64,000 nt of DNA, from NCBI GenBank assembly GCA_964035545.1, contig OZ037769.1:15964633-16028632 (forward strand), written 5' to 3'. The stretch is from Bugula neritina. Its lineage: Eukaryota; Animalia; Bryozoa. Below, one piece after another: positions 47,532 through 63,755 of the stretch. The translations under genes and the position numbers were made by a program. Position 1 is the first letter of the stretch. The number at the start of each line of letters is the position of its first letter. Below the pieces are notes generated by a model, which ran no database searches, was not told the DNA's origin, and was given only the letters and a program-made list of their open reading frames with translations.

Positions 47532-49267
47532 TTAGATGTTGCAGTAACTGGGTATGTTGAAGATACTCGGATCTGTGATTCCTTTAGTCATGTTTCCATA
47601 TTGTAGTGTCACCAGCTGTGGAACTACAAGATATAAATAGATAGTAATGGAGTACTAAATGCAGATATAGACAAACATGAGTGATTGCAATATTTACATA
47701 AAGACCACTTGACAATTTAGACCAATGATATTTATATAAAGATAAAACAGTGTAAACTATTGTAAATAAGGAAAGTCAATAGCTATTTACACTTTCACGC
47801 ATGCAGCAGCTAGAAACTAGTGGAACCAATATATTACAGATGCTTACATTTATTTTAACTGACTGGAGAATTCATTTCCTTCTATAAGGACCTTTAAGAA
47901 TTAGATAAATATTTAAAGTATACAATAGAAATTCTACTCACCACCTCCTATCACATGCTCTACATTTTCAGAAATCATAACAAAGTTGTCTCTCATGACG
48001 GTGACGGTAGTCTTGCTGGATCCATTGTTATACTGGTAGGTGTCACTCCACTGGGTACCTCCAACCAACCAGGAGGTTCTGTAAGTCAACCAACCTGAAG
48101 GGTACAGAGGTTGTGTGCGTGAGATACATTGTATTTGAATAAGAGCTACTCAAACAGGTCCTTTGAATATGAAGAAGCTCTGAGCTTGTAATAGGTTACC
48201 AGTGCAGCAGCTTTAAGCAAATGATTGACAAATTTGCAAGCCTAGGAAATTATCTACATGTAACAGGAGTTAATATATATTGATTTAATAATTATCATGT
48301 ATAAGTACAGTCCTTAAAGGATTGCTCTATCTTGTCTAATAAATGGCCATTTAGGTCAAACACACATAATATTGTGTTTTTCTAAGCATGCATTGACAAA
48401 AAGCATTTGACCAAAGGTAGAAAAAGTTAGTTGAAGTTGAGGGTGTAGATTGGTAACAGCCAAAACGCCGATTTTAAAATGAGCTGGGAACTGTGACGTA
48501 ACAGCGCCAGCATTCCTGCTGGTCACGTGACTATACAAATGAATAACTATAGAAATATGACTGTGAGATGTGATCTTTCAGCTCGTAATTTGTATATTTG
48601 TAGAAGTGCAAATGTGAATTATCTCAATCTATAGTTTTTTGACATGTTAAATAACATGTATGTGATAACATTAGGCCATATTTTGCTTGTAAGCATAGAA
48701 AAAAGCATTGCAAAAACATGCATTCTTTAGGATGAATGCCTGCGATCGATCTAAACTAGGTCAGATTGTGCAATATTACGGGCGCACCAAAGCTGACCTA
48801 TATAGCGCACTGTAACTGCTTGAGCGTTATTGGTTGATGTTGCGCTCAGCAACCTTGAATACTAGCGTTATAGTTAGCACGTGCAGCATAGTTACTGGCG
48901 TTCACACGTCACGTATTAGGCTATTCTTTTTCATGGCTGAAAATTTTACCTCCCTCAAAATTGGAATTTTGAAAAGCTGTTTTCTAGGCATATATCTCTT
49001 TGCAAAGTCGCAATTGTTTGCATACACATTAGATTATAGTTCATAATTATAATGTGATTGTAATAAACTAAGATAGAGCAATCCTTTAAACCTATGAATA
49101 TAGAGCCCACCCCAACCCTCCCAATAAAAACCTGCATGGGAGAAACTTAACTTGAACCTAATTGACTTATATAGTCACTTACTGCTGTCAGAACAAGGCT
49201 GATCTACTGTAACTGGTGGTAACTTCTGACATTTCCTATTCACTACATCTGCCAAGTATGATGCAGA
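47532..49267 (-). CDS. ependymin-related protein, last three exons (49267-49183, 48094-47942, 47623-47532); 5' exons not identified
   Basis: Phase-consistent GT-AG splicing gives SASYLADVVNRKCQKLPPVTVDQPCSDSSWLTYRTSWLVGGTQWSDTYQYNNGSSKTTVTVMRDNFVMISENVEHVIGGVPQLVTLQYGNMTKGITDPSIFNIPSYCNI*; the N.T.GI.DP..F..P..C terminus and C.K motif are ependymin hallmarks. Confidence 0.8.
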
Positions 49268-51218
49268 CTACAATAAGAAGCAAAATGGTTCTGCATAGTT
49301 TTGCTGTAGCCATTGCATTAACACACTATACTAAACTACTGAAAAGCAGGGGAAGCAATCCTGTTTCTTCTAGCATGGATGGCAAAAGATTTTCTCCGAG
49401 CAGTTTAAGTTGATAAGAGCTCCTTAGGCTTATCAGTGATAGCAGCAAGTATTATTTCTTATTGATATTGTATAAGTAAAATGCTCTGGATAAGCATTGA
49501 CTTAAGTCTATTTATATATACACCGATATTAATGGCAGTTTCCTATCTGTGAAAAATAGCAAGTAACTTTTAAATCCAAGTGCCAAACAATTGTAAGCAA
49601 GGAAGCTACAATCTCAACTGTAAGCGTAAGCAAAGTCAAAATGCCAATAATAATTCACCTCATAAAAAGTGGCGTTGGCCCATTTTGTTGAAAAATAGTT
49701 AGAAAATATATAGTCAATTATTACGGAGAAATAAAGTAATGAAAGTTAAAAACTACACATTATATGTTACATAGAACAAAATTATGTTGTTTACAGTTTT
49801 CTCTTGCGTTATATCACAGTTTGAACTGGTGAGCAGCATTGTAAGATACTAGCTAATAAGAAATATAGCCTTAGGTTTAGGTAAACAGTCCCCCATCTGG
49901 TTGTCACAAGAAGTTAGTTTGCTATAACTCCAAGCACCTGCATTAGCAGTTCATTTACAACATTTTGTTCTTTCTCCACATTAAGAAAGTGACTCAATAT
50001 ATAAGTTTCTTTTGTTTCAATTGTCACGTGACACAATCTCATGACAATTTATTTCTTCTAATCCGAAGTTTAGTTGCATGGTACCCACTGTTGGAATGAT
50101 GAGTTAGAATCAATGAAATATCTTATTATTACATAATTTTATTGGGAATAAACTAGATTCATTCCTTGGCCTGCCAACAGTATAATAGGTTTGAAACTGT
50201 TTTTATGGAACTAAAGAGTAAATATTTAGACTCTATCTTGGATTCTAAAAGTTATTGTAAGCTCTTCTTATCATCTGTCACTATTTGTATAACATAAAGT
50301 TAATTAAAGTTATTAATATGCAGAGTGTTATCATTATATACACATCATGGGAGGTCTACAATGTACACATCCCTGCTATATACTGTTTATAGATAACTTA
50401 TATGTATTATGTTATATCGAAACATTGCAAATAGTGGGACGCAGTTATGAAACTTTTCAAACTTTGAACTTCACCATGTTAAGTTATGCATAGCCTACGA
50501 ATATACTTGTTTAAATAGAATAATCTTATCAAGGTACGTCTGCGGAGTTAACACTCCTTATATGGAGTGTTTTTCCTCCATAAACACGCCACATGACGTG
50601 AGACCATGCTTCAAGTTACTCCTATAGTGTGAGAAGTTAGTGAGTGGAATAAGTTTGTTAAATTAAGAAGTTAAAAAGAAGAAGCACTTTGTATGTGATA
50701 CTAATACTGTTTCATCTTGGATCATTCAACACACATTATATGCAGAAATAGTTTCTATGTAATAAGGTAAGACATACCATCGTTGTATCTTATTATATTT
50801 ATTTTTTGGTTGAATATTTACTACCATATTTCTATACACAAAACTATACACACTATTCCTAAAGACTCTATAATAAGTAACATATATAATGTAGTATGGT
50901 GTATTTTATGCTATGGTATAATGCATGTCTGTCATCCGTTTTGAAAAAGACATTGCGGCCAAACATTGTAAGATTAGAAACCTTTTGTCTTTATTGATGA
51001 CATCACAGCATTATTGTGAAATTACCAATGTTGTTGTTATCTTATGTAGTGTAGAGATATGATGTCAATTTGAAAGTATTTCCTGGAGAAGGTATATATT
51101 ATGACAAAGGAAGTACAAGATACAGACAACTGCATGAATTAACAAACTTGAAGGTAAAAGCTGTGCTTATTTTGTTATTAGATTTTTATCTGGTTGCAGT
51201 ACAATATCCAGAGAGTAT

Positions 51219-51328
<110 letters not shown>

Positions 51329-51370
51329 CACCGTATTCCAATGCTCAGGTACAACATAACATGGTGAATC

Positions 51371-51460
51371 ATGGAGGAGTACATTGCTGAATTAGAGTTA
51401 CTTTTAATAAAACACTTGGGAAAAGCAGAAACAACAGGAAACTGGGTTGACTATGTCAAG
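51371..51460 (+). CDS. predicted first coding exon of NTase-TPR gene B ([30 protein letters not shown])
   Basis: Paralogue of 36763-36852; same length, phase-0 aag|gt donor. Confidence 0.6.
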
Positions 51461-52120
51461 GTACTAACATACATATTTTATTGTAGAATATATTAAAATA
51501 ATATTTGAATCTGAGTAACCTGTTGAATTACAACTAAAATAAAAAAATATAACATATACAAATTAGAGTAATGAATAAAATAGTATATATTACCCATCTG
51601 TAGACATGAACAATTAATAAATTATTATGAAAAGTGATGACGTAGGAATTGTAGCAAATTAATTAGAACTCTGATCTAGTTAATACTACAATAAAATAAC
51701 TTTAATTATTTCTATAGAAAAGTTTATTTTGAGACAGTTGCTGCTAATCAAGCTTGAAACTAGACAACACCTCTATTAAAATGAAAGCCTCATTCCAAGA
51801 CTGCAAATTTTCTTTTGCTGTAAAGATTTGGAAGAATTAAATCATATGAATTCACAAAGCTGGGTATTTACAAGTATATATAGTATAAGTTGGTCCTGAA
51901 TCTTTCTTTGCAAACTGAATATTATAATAATACAAATATTTAGGAAACTATAGGAATACAAATTTTTTATTTTCTAATTTATAACTATTATCTATAATAG
52001 GTAGATACTGAACTTACTCGTTTCAAATAATTTTCAATTTTATTCTATTTACTGCCTTTGAGAGTTATCTGATTAATATCTAGTCACTGGAGCCTCACAA
52101 AAAACTTAGCTGAGCTAGGG

Positions 52121-54905
<2,785 letters not shown>

Positions 54906-55004
54906 AGCTAGGGAAGACAGCTGCACCTAGCTATATGGTTATACATAAAGCAACATTGACAATCACAAAAATCACAGTAGCTGTGCGTATCGAAAACAGT
55001 GCTA

Positions 55005-55447
55005 TAGGGCCACACGACGCGATTTACACACGCGTGACGTGCGAGAAAACCTGTTTAGCTCAAAAATGGGACGTTGTGTGCGAGTTTTCATGCAACTACC
55101 ATGCTGAGCGAGAAGTGGGGAAGCTTGTGCGTGTTTGATCTAATTGGCTTATTATCATTTAGCGAGCACACTTTTTTATTTTAATTCATGTTTTAGCTTT
55201 TATCGAACTAAATTAAAATAGTTTTATATAGTTCGCATTTCCACTTTTATAATATCTAAAGTCACTTTGTCGATGATGTAGTTTTAAAAACAAAAGTCTG
55301 TAGGCGAGCAGTAAAGTTTAACGCTATAAACATTATTATAGCTAATAAACTTCTGCAAACGAAACACACTCATTGTGTGTAGCATATGTCTATATAAACG
55401 GGTTTTCTCGTACCTCACATGTGAGTAAATTTCGTCGTGTGGCCCTA
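55005..55447. mobile_element. PIF/Harbinger-like MITE (paralogue of 37579-38014)
   Basis: Same TIRs and internal sequence at the paralogous position. Confidence 0.8.
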
Positions 55448-56617
55448 ACTGCACTGTACTAAAAATAAACTGCAAAGTTTGTCAGTTGCAAGTGTCTCTG
55501 AGATTATACGGCTAAACTGCAACTAAATGGAGTGCAGACCAGTTTTAGGGTCTTGACAACACGTTTACAGAAAAAGATGGTGACTGTGAGAGTAGTTGCA
55601 TGGAGGTTGACACTTGTAGTCTGGGACTGCAGGGTGTTGCCTGAGCAGGGATAATCATTTTGATAACTTTCTATACAATCCGCGCTACAATTGGAACTTT
55701 TACAGTTTAAATATAAACAATTCATGTTAAACAAATCTAACCTGTCTGCAATGTATATATTAGGTAGTTAACATAACACACGACAAGTAACTAAATGCAG
55801 AAAACAGCATATAGTAGTGAGTATAGCATATGCTAAGAATAAAAAAAGGTAATAAATTTTGAACAATATTCAGATAATGGTAACAACTCAATAAATCAGA
55901 TGGTAGTTATTAAAATGTAGCGCTCTAAACTTTAACTAACTGTCTCCAAAACCGTAGTTGGCTTCTCACTTGCAATCATCTTGGAAACCCTGTCTTGGAG
56001 TGCGAGGAATATTGGGTAGTTGGAGGTGACCAATTGTAGTCTCAGACTGCTAATTGGTGTTACCTCGTGATAACAACTTTACCAACCAGTTTCCCATAGT
56101 TTGAACCTCTTCATCCCAAAATATAAATAATTGAACAAAGTTAGCATGTAAACAATATTGAGCATGCGTAATTACCAATAAAAAAAACAGATGAAGATAA
56201 TGCATATATATTATACTGGAAATAGCTATAGGAACATAGAATTAGCAGTTGCCTTTTACATGAACTTAATACTACTAATAATCCAAGAACCAACTTCAAG
56301 TTAATGTACAGTTACTCTAAAAACGCTATAGTGTAAAAATTGATCCTGTCAGGGTTGTGTGTACGTTTTAGTATCTCCAGATTGAAAAAGAAAACAAGTA
56401 AACGTCAAGATATAAAATTGAGTGTTAAAAGTTGATATAGTATTAACAATATTTTATTTAATTGACTTGCATTTTTTCAGTACTGCCGGTATTGATTCAC
56501 CTTTCATTGTAAATGTTGAACAAATTTCAGTGTAGAGGAGTCAAAAAAATACTTTTTCCTTGAAGAACAATTTTTGCTCTTGTAAATATAAGCAGTTGTC
56601 TTTCCTTTGTTATGTAG

Positions 56618-59600
56618 AGTCATGGAATAGCAAACCACCTGCAAACCATAGATTCACAAAACAGTCAGAGATACCAAAAAGTGTATGAAATAGAAAACAA
56701 ATGGTACAAAAGAAAACATCCACTCACTTTTACAGAACATCAAGAATTGACAAGAAAACACAAACAACAACTTAAAGAATACCGAGAGAATACAATCAAT
56801 AACTTTGACAGTTTGAATAGTGATGTAGAGTTGTTGGACATAGACAATGTGTTTAGTGATGCTAATTTAGAAATATCTAATCGGTTGTCTAATGATGTGT
56901 TTGCAAGTAGTGAGGAGTGTTCCAAAGCATTTGCAGAGTTTTCTTGTTCCATAATTAAATCAAGTAGAGAGTTGCTTAAAGGGTATCAAGTGGAGCCACC
57001 CTGTAATTTTGCTGTAGTTGCTTTGGGCTCAGTAGCTCGTGGTGAGGCAACCCCATATTCGGACCTTGAGTACTCATTTCTCATTGAAAATGAGAATGAG
57101 AGAGATTATTTCACTCAGCTGGCTGTTGACACATATTTTAGAATAACTAACCTCAATGAGTCTCCATTGAAAACCTTCAATATTAAAGTTGAAAACTCTC
57201 CTGACTGTCTCAGTGAGATCTGTCCAGTAGGATATAGAATAGATGGTCTCACACCAAATGCTGGTAACATACCGACAGGAAATGGATTGGGTAGATCTCT
57301 CACCTTCACAGTTGAACAAGCAGTGAAGCTGTACCAAGAGGAAGTGATGTCACCATCTGAGGAACTAGCCAGTCTTTCAGATCTGCTCATGACATCACAG
57401 CTGATACACTGTTCTGGTGACGGGGCACAGTTACATGACAGATTTATGGAAGAAATAGCTACATATGAGGAAGCTACAGCTCAGAATGATCATAAAATCA
57501 AACAGAAGAGATTGGAGAGACTTTCTCTAGATTTACAGAAATATGATTTTCTTCCAGAATTTGAATTTACAACTTTTGTTGGTGAAGATGTGAAAGTGAA
57601 AGAAGATATTTTCCGTTACATCACCCTGTTGGCTACTAATCTGAACATTGCCCTGTGTTTTCAGCTAAACTTTCCATGGAAGGTTTATGAGGCACTTTAT
57701 CAGTCAGCAATAATTTCTAAAGATAGCCTGAGATACCTTCACATTATCCTTGGACTCTCAATATACATGAGAACTATGGCATACGCCATAATGGGAACTC
57801 AAAAAGCCGAAATCCTGCTAAGTACTCCCACTGCTGAGATCACAAGTCAAAATGGAAATTACAAACATTACTATGTACCAAGGAAGATATTTGTGACGTT
57901 TGGTTCAATACTAATTCCAATAAAACAATCGCTCCTATCAAGTATGAACAAAGGAAATAGGCTAATGTCAGCATTTAAGGAAAAGAGTGTGAGTGAATAC
58001 CTAAAATTAGTGATTCCCAGTGTTTTGATGACAGATAAACATGATTATATGACAATCTGTGAAGTATTGTGTTATGTTGAAGACCAAAACACAGCCTTTA
58101 AGTACATATGTGCTGGTTCAGGTGTTGATATCAGAAGTGTAGGGTATGAGGAGTTTGTGAAATGTATAAGATCAAAATATAACACAAACAAATCAGACTA
58201 TCTAGAGAAAAAGTATTTGGAAATGTGCTGTTACTTGCTGATTACTAGTGATTATGATAGTAGTGCCATTGACTACCTAAGTTGGTTAATCATTTATGAA
58301 ACAGGTTGGTTTCGTATACTGCAGTGTAAGAGGGTGATAGCTGAGTGTATGATCGAACTGAGTAGATATAAATCTGCTAGGAATATTCTCATTCAGATAA
58401 AGTCTACACTAGAAGAAAAGCTCATGATAGACAAGAATAAATCTCTCACTGAGTACATACTAAGAAAGGTAGAAGCTTCTACTAGATGGTCAGAGTATAT
58501 GCCAAACCTGTTTGACTTCATATCTTATCTCTTCCACTCACTGGGTGACACTAATATTCACTTATCAAACCAAGCTGAAGCTAAGTCTTACCTGATACAG
58601 TCTCTTTTTATTCACAGAGCATTGTGCGAAAAGAAGTTCTTAGATTATAGTGCTAGAGAAAACATGATGATAGAATCAACTATTCTGAGCAGCTTAGGAC
58701 TTGTGTATACACAGGAGGAAGCGTATAGCACAGCATTAGAATATCACACCAAGTCACTAGAGATGGATAAAGCTGTTTATGGTGAACATACAAACCACTC
58801 TAGTATAGCTAGCAGCTATTGTAATATTGGTAGTGTACACACACAACTAGGTAACTATGACACAGCACTAGAATATCTCACCAAGTCAATAGAGATGATG
58901 AAAGCTGTTTATGGTGAACATACAAACCACCCTAGTATAGCTATCAGCTATGGTAATATTGGTAATGTACACAAACAACTAGGTAACTATGACACAGCAC
59001 TAGAATATCACACCAAGTCATTGGAGATGGATAAAGCTGTTTATGGTGAAAATACAAACCACTCTAGTATAGCTATCAGCTATGGTAATATTGGTCATGT
59101 ACACAAAGAACAAGGTAACTATGAAACAGCACTAGAATATTACACCAAGTCAATGAAGATGACGAAAGCTGTTTATGGTGAAGGTTCGGCACATCATGAT
59201 CTTACAGCTGTGATCTCTTTTATTATAGACATCTATGTAGAATACAAGAGATATGAAGACTGTCTGTTTCTTTGCTATACTCCTGTATTGAGTAATCAAT
59301 GTTTGTCCGAAGTCCTCAACAGAATTTCAGCAGATTACATCAGCTCATCAAACTACAGAAGAGCTGCTCAGTTTCTGCAGATTGCTATTTCTAAAGCTGC
59401 TGATCATAGCATGCAACAGGCTGACAACTACCACCAGATGGGTGAATGTTACATGCTGATGTCATCATACAAGAAGAGTTGGTGTTGGTTGTACTCTGCT
59501 CTCTGTCTGTGTCAGTCCTTCCCCAAAACCAGAGGTGCTATTTTTTCTCTTGGTAAAGTTCACCTGTCCATATCCCTTCTACTTCTGCACATGGGTCACG

Positions 59601-59755
59601 TGACTCAGTCTCTTGAACACTGTCAAAGATCTCTTGACAACTTTAACAATCTCCCTGATGTCAATACAAACTCTGCTGTCAAATATCTGAAGACAGACCT
59701 TCTGCAACTCTCTGACTCATTGCACCTTATTAAAATCTTAACCAATCACTTTTAG
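56618..59755 (+). CDS. nucleotidyltransferase-TPR protein, copy B, large exon (4 homogeneous 44-aa repeats)
   Basis: Frame opens at the acceptor tatgtag|agt (56617/56618); same GS..SDLE motif; TPR array 58730-59182; intact C-terminus ...LIKILTNHF*. Confidence 0.88.
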   Translation, partial: SHGIANHLQTIDSQNSQRYQKVYEIENKWYKRKHPLTFTEHQELTRKHKQQLKEYRENTINNFDSLNSDVELLDIDNVFSDANLEISNRLSNDVFASSEECSKAFAEFSCSIIKSSRELLKGYQVEPPCNFAVVALGSVARGEATPYSDLEYSFLIENENERDYFTQLAVDTYFRITNLNESPLKTFNIKVENSPDCLSEICPVGYRIDGLTPNAGNIPTGNGLGRSLTFTVEQAVKLYQEEVMSPSEELASLSDLLMTSQLIHCSGDGAQLHDRFMEEIATYEEATAQNDHKIKQKRLERLSLDLQKYDFLPEFEFTTFVGEDVKVKEDIFRYITLLATNLNIALCFQLNFPWKVYEALYQSAIISKDSLRYLHIILGLSIYMRTMAYAIMGTQKAEILLSTPTAEITSQNGNYKHYYVPRKIFVTFGSILIPIKQSLLSSMNKGNRLMSAFKEKSVSEYLKLVIPSVLMTDKHDYMTICEVLCYVEDQNTAFKYICAGSGVDIRSVGYEEFVKCIRSKYNTNKSDYLEKKYLEMCCYLLITSDYDSSAIDYLSWLIIYETGWFRILQCKRVIAECMIELSRYKSARNILIQIKSTLEEKLMIDKNKSLTEYILRKVEASTRWSEYMPNLFDFISYLFHSLGDTNIHLSNQAEAKSYLIQSLFIHRALCEKKFLDYSARENMMIESTILSSLGLVYTQEEAYSTALEYHTKSLEMDKAVYGEHTNHSSIASSYCNIGSVHTQLGNYDTALEYLTKSIEMMKAVYGEHTNHPSIAISYGNIGNVHKQLGNYDTALEYHTKSLEMDKAVYGENTNHSSIAISYGNIGHVHKEQGNYETALEYYTKSMKMTKAVYGEGSAHHDLTAVISFIIDIYVEYKRYEDCLFLCYTPVLSNQCLSEVLNRISADYISSSNYRRAAQFLQIAISKAADHSMQQADNYHQMGECYMLMSSYKKSWCWLYSALCLCQSFPKTRGAIFSLGKVHLSISLLLLHMGHVTQSLEHCQRSLDNFNNLPDVNTNSAVKYLKTDLLQLSDSLHLIKILTNHF
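58730..59182 (+). repeat. coding tandem repeat, 132 bp (44-aa TPR), 4 TALEY units
   Basis: Exactly 660 bp (5 x 132) shorter than the array in copy A. Confidence 0.95.
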
Positions 59756-60807
59756 GATAAACGCTCACCACACACCTGGTCTTCGACAAAGTTTTTAAGC
59801 TGGAATTTGCTTTCCCTTGGCCAACATTTCCTTTGTTTCGTGTATCTTGTGTGGACCCTGTGTATTGTGATGCCTTCAGCATGCCGACAGTCATGCCATC
59901 AGTTCTTTAGCTGTAGATTCTGGTTTCACAAATATGCGTATAGATATATGGTACTTTCATTGATATAATTTTTGGCTCTATTTTTACATACATTTAGATT
60001 TATTATAGATATTAATTATTATAATCATTATAATTCTTTAGTTACTGTGTTGTATTTACTACTTATAATGTATTTGCTATTATACCTTTGTTAGTCCTTC
60101 ATAATTCAACTTTGAAACTTGTTTATACTGACTTTTGCAATATATATTACCTTGAAACTGTTTATATTGGGAGGAGATTTTATGTTACATAACTTTTTAC
60201 CATTGTATGCTTTACTATGCTGTATATTTTACCCACAATGCATTTTGTAGTTATAATCAACTTCCTGCATGACTATGAGCTAAAAGATTTTCTTGACAAA
60301 ATAATATTATTTACTCTTTCGGAGCTTAGTATTTGCTCTTTCCTGTTTTCTTCCATCATCTGAACAAATTGTATTTTTACAAATATTCCATTTATGATGC
60401 GTTTTATGCCACATTTTGTTTAAAGGTAATTTTGAAATTCAGAAATATTTTTTAGCTTCATAAAAATTATATTTTTTGTAATTTTTGCACTGCAATTTTA
60501 ATTATGATTCTATCCTGTGTCAGTATGTATTTAATAGTATTAGTAAATATATCTTATGTTATGTAAACATTATTCACTTCAATATTAGTTTGAACTTAAA
60601 TTTAGTTCTTCACAGCAGATGTGTGTCAAAATATGATATTTAAACATTTTCCTGACACAAGTAACATGTTAAAACAGATCTGAACAGTGTGAAGATACTT
60701 CTAGCAACTAACACATGACCTATATATTATTATACTCTATACATACACTGTCAACCACAGAAACTTTCTTTTGTACTCTTCTGATATCAACATTATTTGC
60801 TTGAAAT

Positions 60808-61020
60808 TACATCACACTTATCATTCATATAATAATATACCCGAAGAGTATACAATACATACAATACACTGACTATTCATATAATAATGTATCCAAAGAG
60901 TATACAATACATACAATACACTGGCTATTCATATAATAATATACCCAAATAGTATACAATACATACAATACACTGATTATTCATATAATAATATACCCAA
61001 AGAGTATACAATACATACAT
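60808..61020. repeat. 52-bp minisatellite, ~4 copies
   Basis: Same unit as 44215-44730. Confidence 0.92.
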
Positions 61021-61339
61021 TATAAAAGTTTAGGTACACGAACCACACATTTCATGTAGTTTCACAGAAAAGACATTATATATCTACCCGTTCAGTAACT
61101 ATAAGTACATACAAGCCACTATATTTGTTATAGGAAGATATGATATGATATTGCATGCATGTAAGAAGGTCCATTTCTATAAATACTATTAGAGACTGAG
61201 TCATGGAAACTTCTAGAAGTTCTTATGGAATCCTTACTTAGAGTCAAGTGGACAAGTATTTATAAGTTGATAAGTTATACTCTGTACAGTGTACTTAAAT
61301 CAGTGAGAAGGTAACTGCTAAAAGCTGTACTGACAGTTA

Positions 61340-61687
61340 GCGTAGGGCCACACGACACATTTTACACGCTCGTGACGTGCGAGAAAACCCCTACCGGTGC
61401 GATGTTAGCGTTAAACTTTACTGCTCGCCGACAGACGTTCGTTTATAAAACTACGTCATCTGCAAAGTGACTTTGGATATTATAAAAGCAGAAATGCAAA
61501 TTATATGAAACTGTTTTAATTCAGCTCGCTTAAAGCTAAAATGTAAATTGAAATAAAAAAGTGTACTCGCTAAATGATAATAAGCCAATTAGACGCATGA
61601 AAATCCCTCTAACGACCTCCTATTATTTGGGCTAAACAGGATTTCTCGTAGTCACGCACATATAAAATGCTCCGTGTGACCCTTCGC
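61340..61687. mobile_element. PIF/Harbinger-like MITE, opposite orientation, TTA TSD
   Basis: tta|gcgtagggccacacg...gtgtgacccttcgc|tta; internal sequence is the reverse complement of the 37579/55005 MITEs; empty site in copy A at ~44923. Confidence 0.82.
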
Positions 61688-62417
61688 TTACTCTGTACTG
61701 ACAGTCAATTTGTGTAGTGACTGTAACCAAGACTATTCAATGACAGTGACTTATATAGTGACTGTGTATGCAGTGTGACTCTGTAGTGACTGTAATATAG
61801 TCACACCTTGAAGAGTGGAGGTGCTCACCATTTTAGATATCAACTGTTACATTAAAGTACATGTCATCTCTCTGAAGTTGAAGAGAAATTTGTGAATATT
61901 TCACTAGCTAACCACTACTTACAAACTGTAAACAACTCAAAATATGACACTTTAGACTTTAGTGAAAGCAAGAAACTTTATTTTGACATCACATTTGTCC
62001 ACCATATAATTAAAACAGCAAGTAAGATGCAGCTAAAGCCATGCATTATGCACAGGATTAAAGAAATTATGTTAATGAAAATATAAATTGATACTCTACA
62101 ACAAACAAGTCTAAAAATAGAGAATATAAAAGCTGCAGACAAAAACCATAATAAATCAGTCTAGAAATTTAATTTCAAATACAAATACAAAATATTTTGG
62201 GGTTTTACAGTTTACATGTAATATCAGTTAATACTTGTATAAAGTAAATAATGGAGTCACTAACTTGTATATTAAACTACAACAAAAATAAATTATCTAA
62301 AAATATATTATGCAGACAACTACAAGATTTTAGGAAAAGTAATAAAATAAACAGCTATTCACGAGCCAATAGAATGAGTCATCAGATTCTTCTCATATAG
62401 AGTTATCTTCCCATGTC

Positions 62418-62729
62418 TCACATGTAGACTAAAGAAAGTAGAGTATATAACACATATATTATATAGAGTATACTTGTTCAGTATGAGAGGTTATCATTAT
62501 ATTACAATATACTCTGAGTGCAGTTAGATACACCATCTTGAAGTAAGGAGTGGATATAATATTACTGTACCTGGAGGGGGAGGTGGGTACTGACTAGTGT
62601 AGTCAGCTGTCTGTCCAGTAGGGGGTGCTGTCCTGTTGATGGGTGGAAGACGACCTTGAGGATAATGTTGTTGAGACTGAGAGTACGTTGGAGGAGGTCG
62701 TCTGCTGTTATGGTGACTCATCTCTTGTT
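62418..62729 (-). CDS. 3' end of a minus-strand gene with a Pro/Gln-rich, PPxY-containing tail (exons 62729-62571 and 62428-62418); upstream exons not identified
   Basis: ctttag| and |gtacag boundaries, phase 1-1 exon of 159 nt; spliced tail ...RRPPPTYSQSQQHYPQGRLPPINRTAPPTGQTADYTSQYPPPPPVYM*. Confidence 0.55.
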
Positions 62730-62736
62730 CTAAAGA

Positions 62737-62865
62737 AGCAGAAGAGTAGAGTATAGTCTGCTAGCCATGTGACACCAGCAGTACAACCAATTGTTATTCA
62801 GTGTCACACCTGCAGAAGGATGACTAGATTACAGTTTGCTAGTCATGTTACACCAGCAGTGCTAC
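62737..62865. repeat. two degenerate ~75-80-bp tandem units related to 1-81
   Basis: gagtagagtatagtctgctagccatgtgacaccagcag / gactagattacagtttgctagtcatgttacaccagcag. Confidence 0.6.
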
Positions 62866-63195
62866 ATATATACTTGTTCTTTAGTGTCAAATACTAAAAC
62901 AACAAATATTTTGTTAGTAAAGATATCATTTCTTTTAAAAGTATATATATATAGTAATAAATATTATATTTTACTCTTTCACATAATAACATAATGAAAT
63001 ACTAAACTGTGCTCAGCTGAATTATAACAAAATACACAGAATACTAAAACATAATAAATATGTGAACTAAAACAACAATTAATCAGAATACAGAGTTTAG
63101 TGTATACTTTGCATCAGTTTCTCTTTAGTGTAATTCTCTCCTAGGATATGGTAATAATCATATATTGTATATATATATGCTCCGTCATGTAACTT

Positions 63196-63755
63196 TTTCC
63201 AACAACATGGCAGCATTTCATCAACAACATGGCAGTATTTCACCAACAACATGGCAGTATTTCACCAACAACAAGGCAGCATTTCATCAACAACATGGCA
63301 GCATTTCACCAACAACATGACAGCATTTTATCAACAAAATGGCAGCATTTCACCAACAACATGACAGCATTTTATCAACAAAATGGCAGTATTTCACCAA
63401 CAACATGGAAGTATTTCACCAACAACATGACAGCATTTCACCAACAACATGTCAGCATTTCACCAACAACATGGCAGCATTTCACCAACAACATGGCAGC
63501 ATTTCATGAACAACATGGCAGCATTTCACCAACAACATGGCAGCATTTCACCAACAACATGGCAGCATTTCATGAACAACATGACAGCATTTCACCAACA
63601 ACATGGCAGCATTTCACCAACAACATGGCAGCATTTCATCAACAACATGGCAGCATTTCACCAACAACATGACAGCATTTTATCAACAAAATGGCAGTAT
63701 TTCACCAACAACATGGCAGTATTTCACCAACAACATGGCAGCATTTCATCAACAC
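63196..63755. repeat. 22-bp minisatellite, ~25 copies
   Basis: Unit caccaacaacatggcagcattt. Confidence 0.95.
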
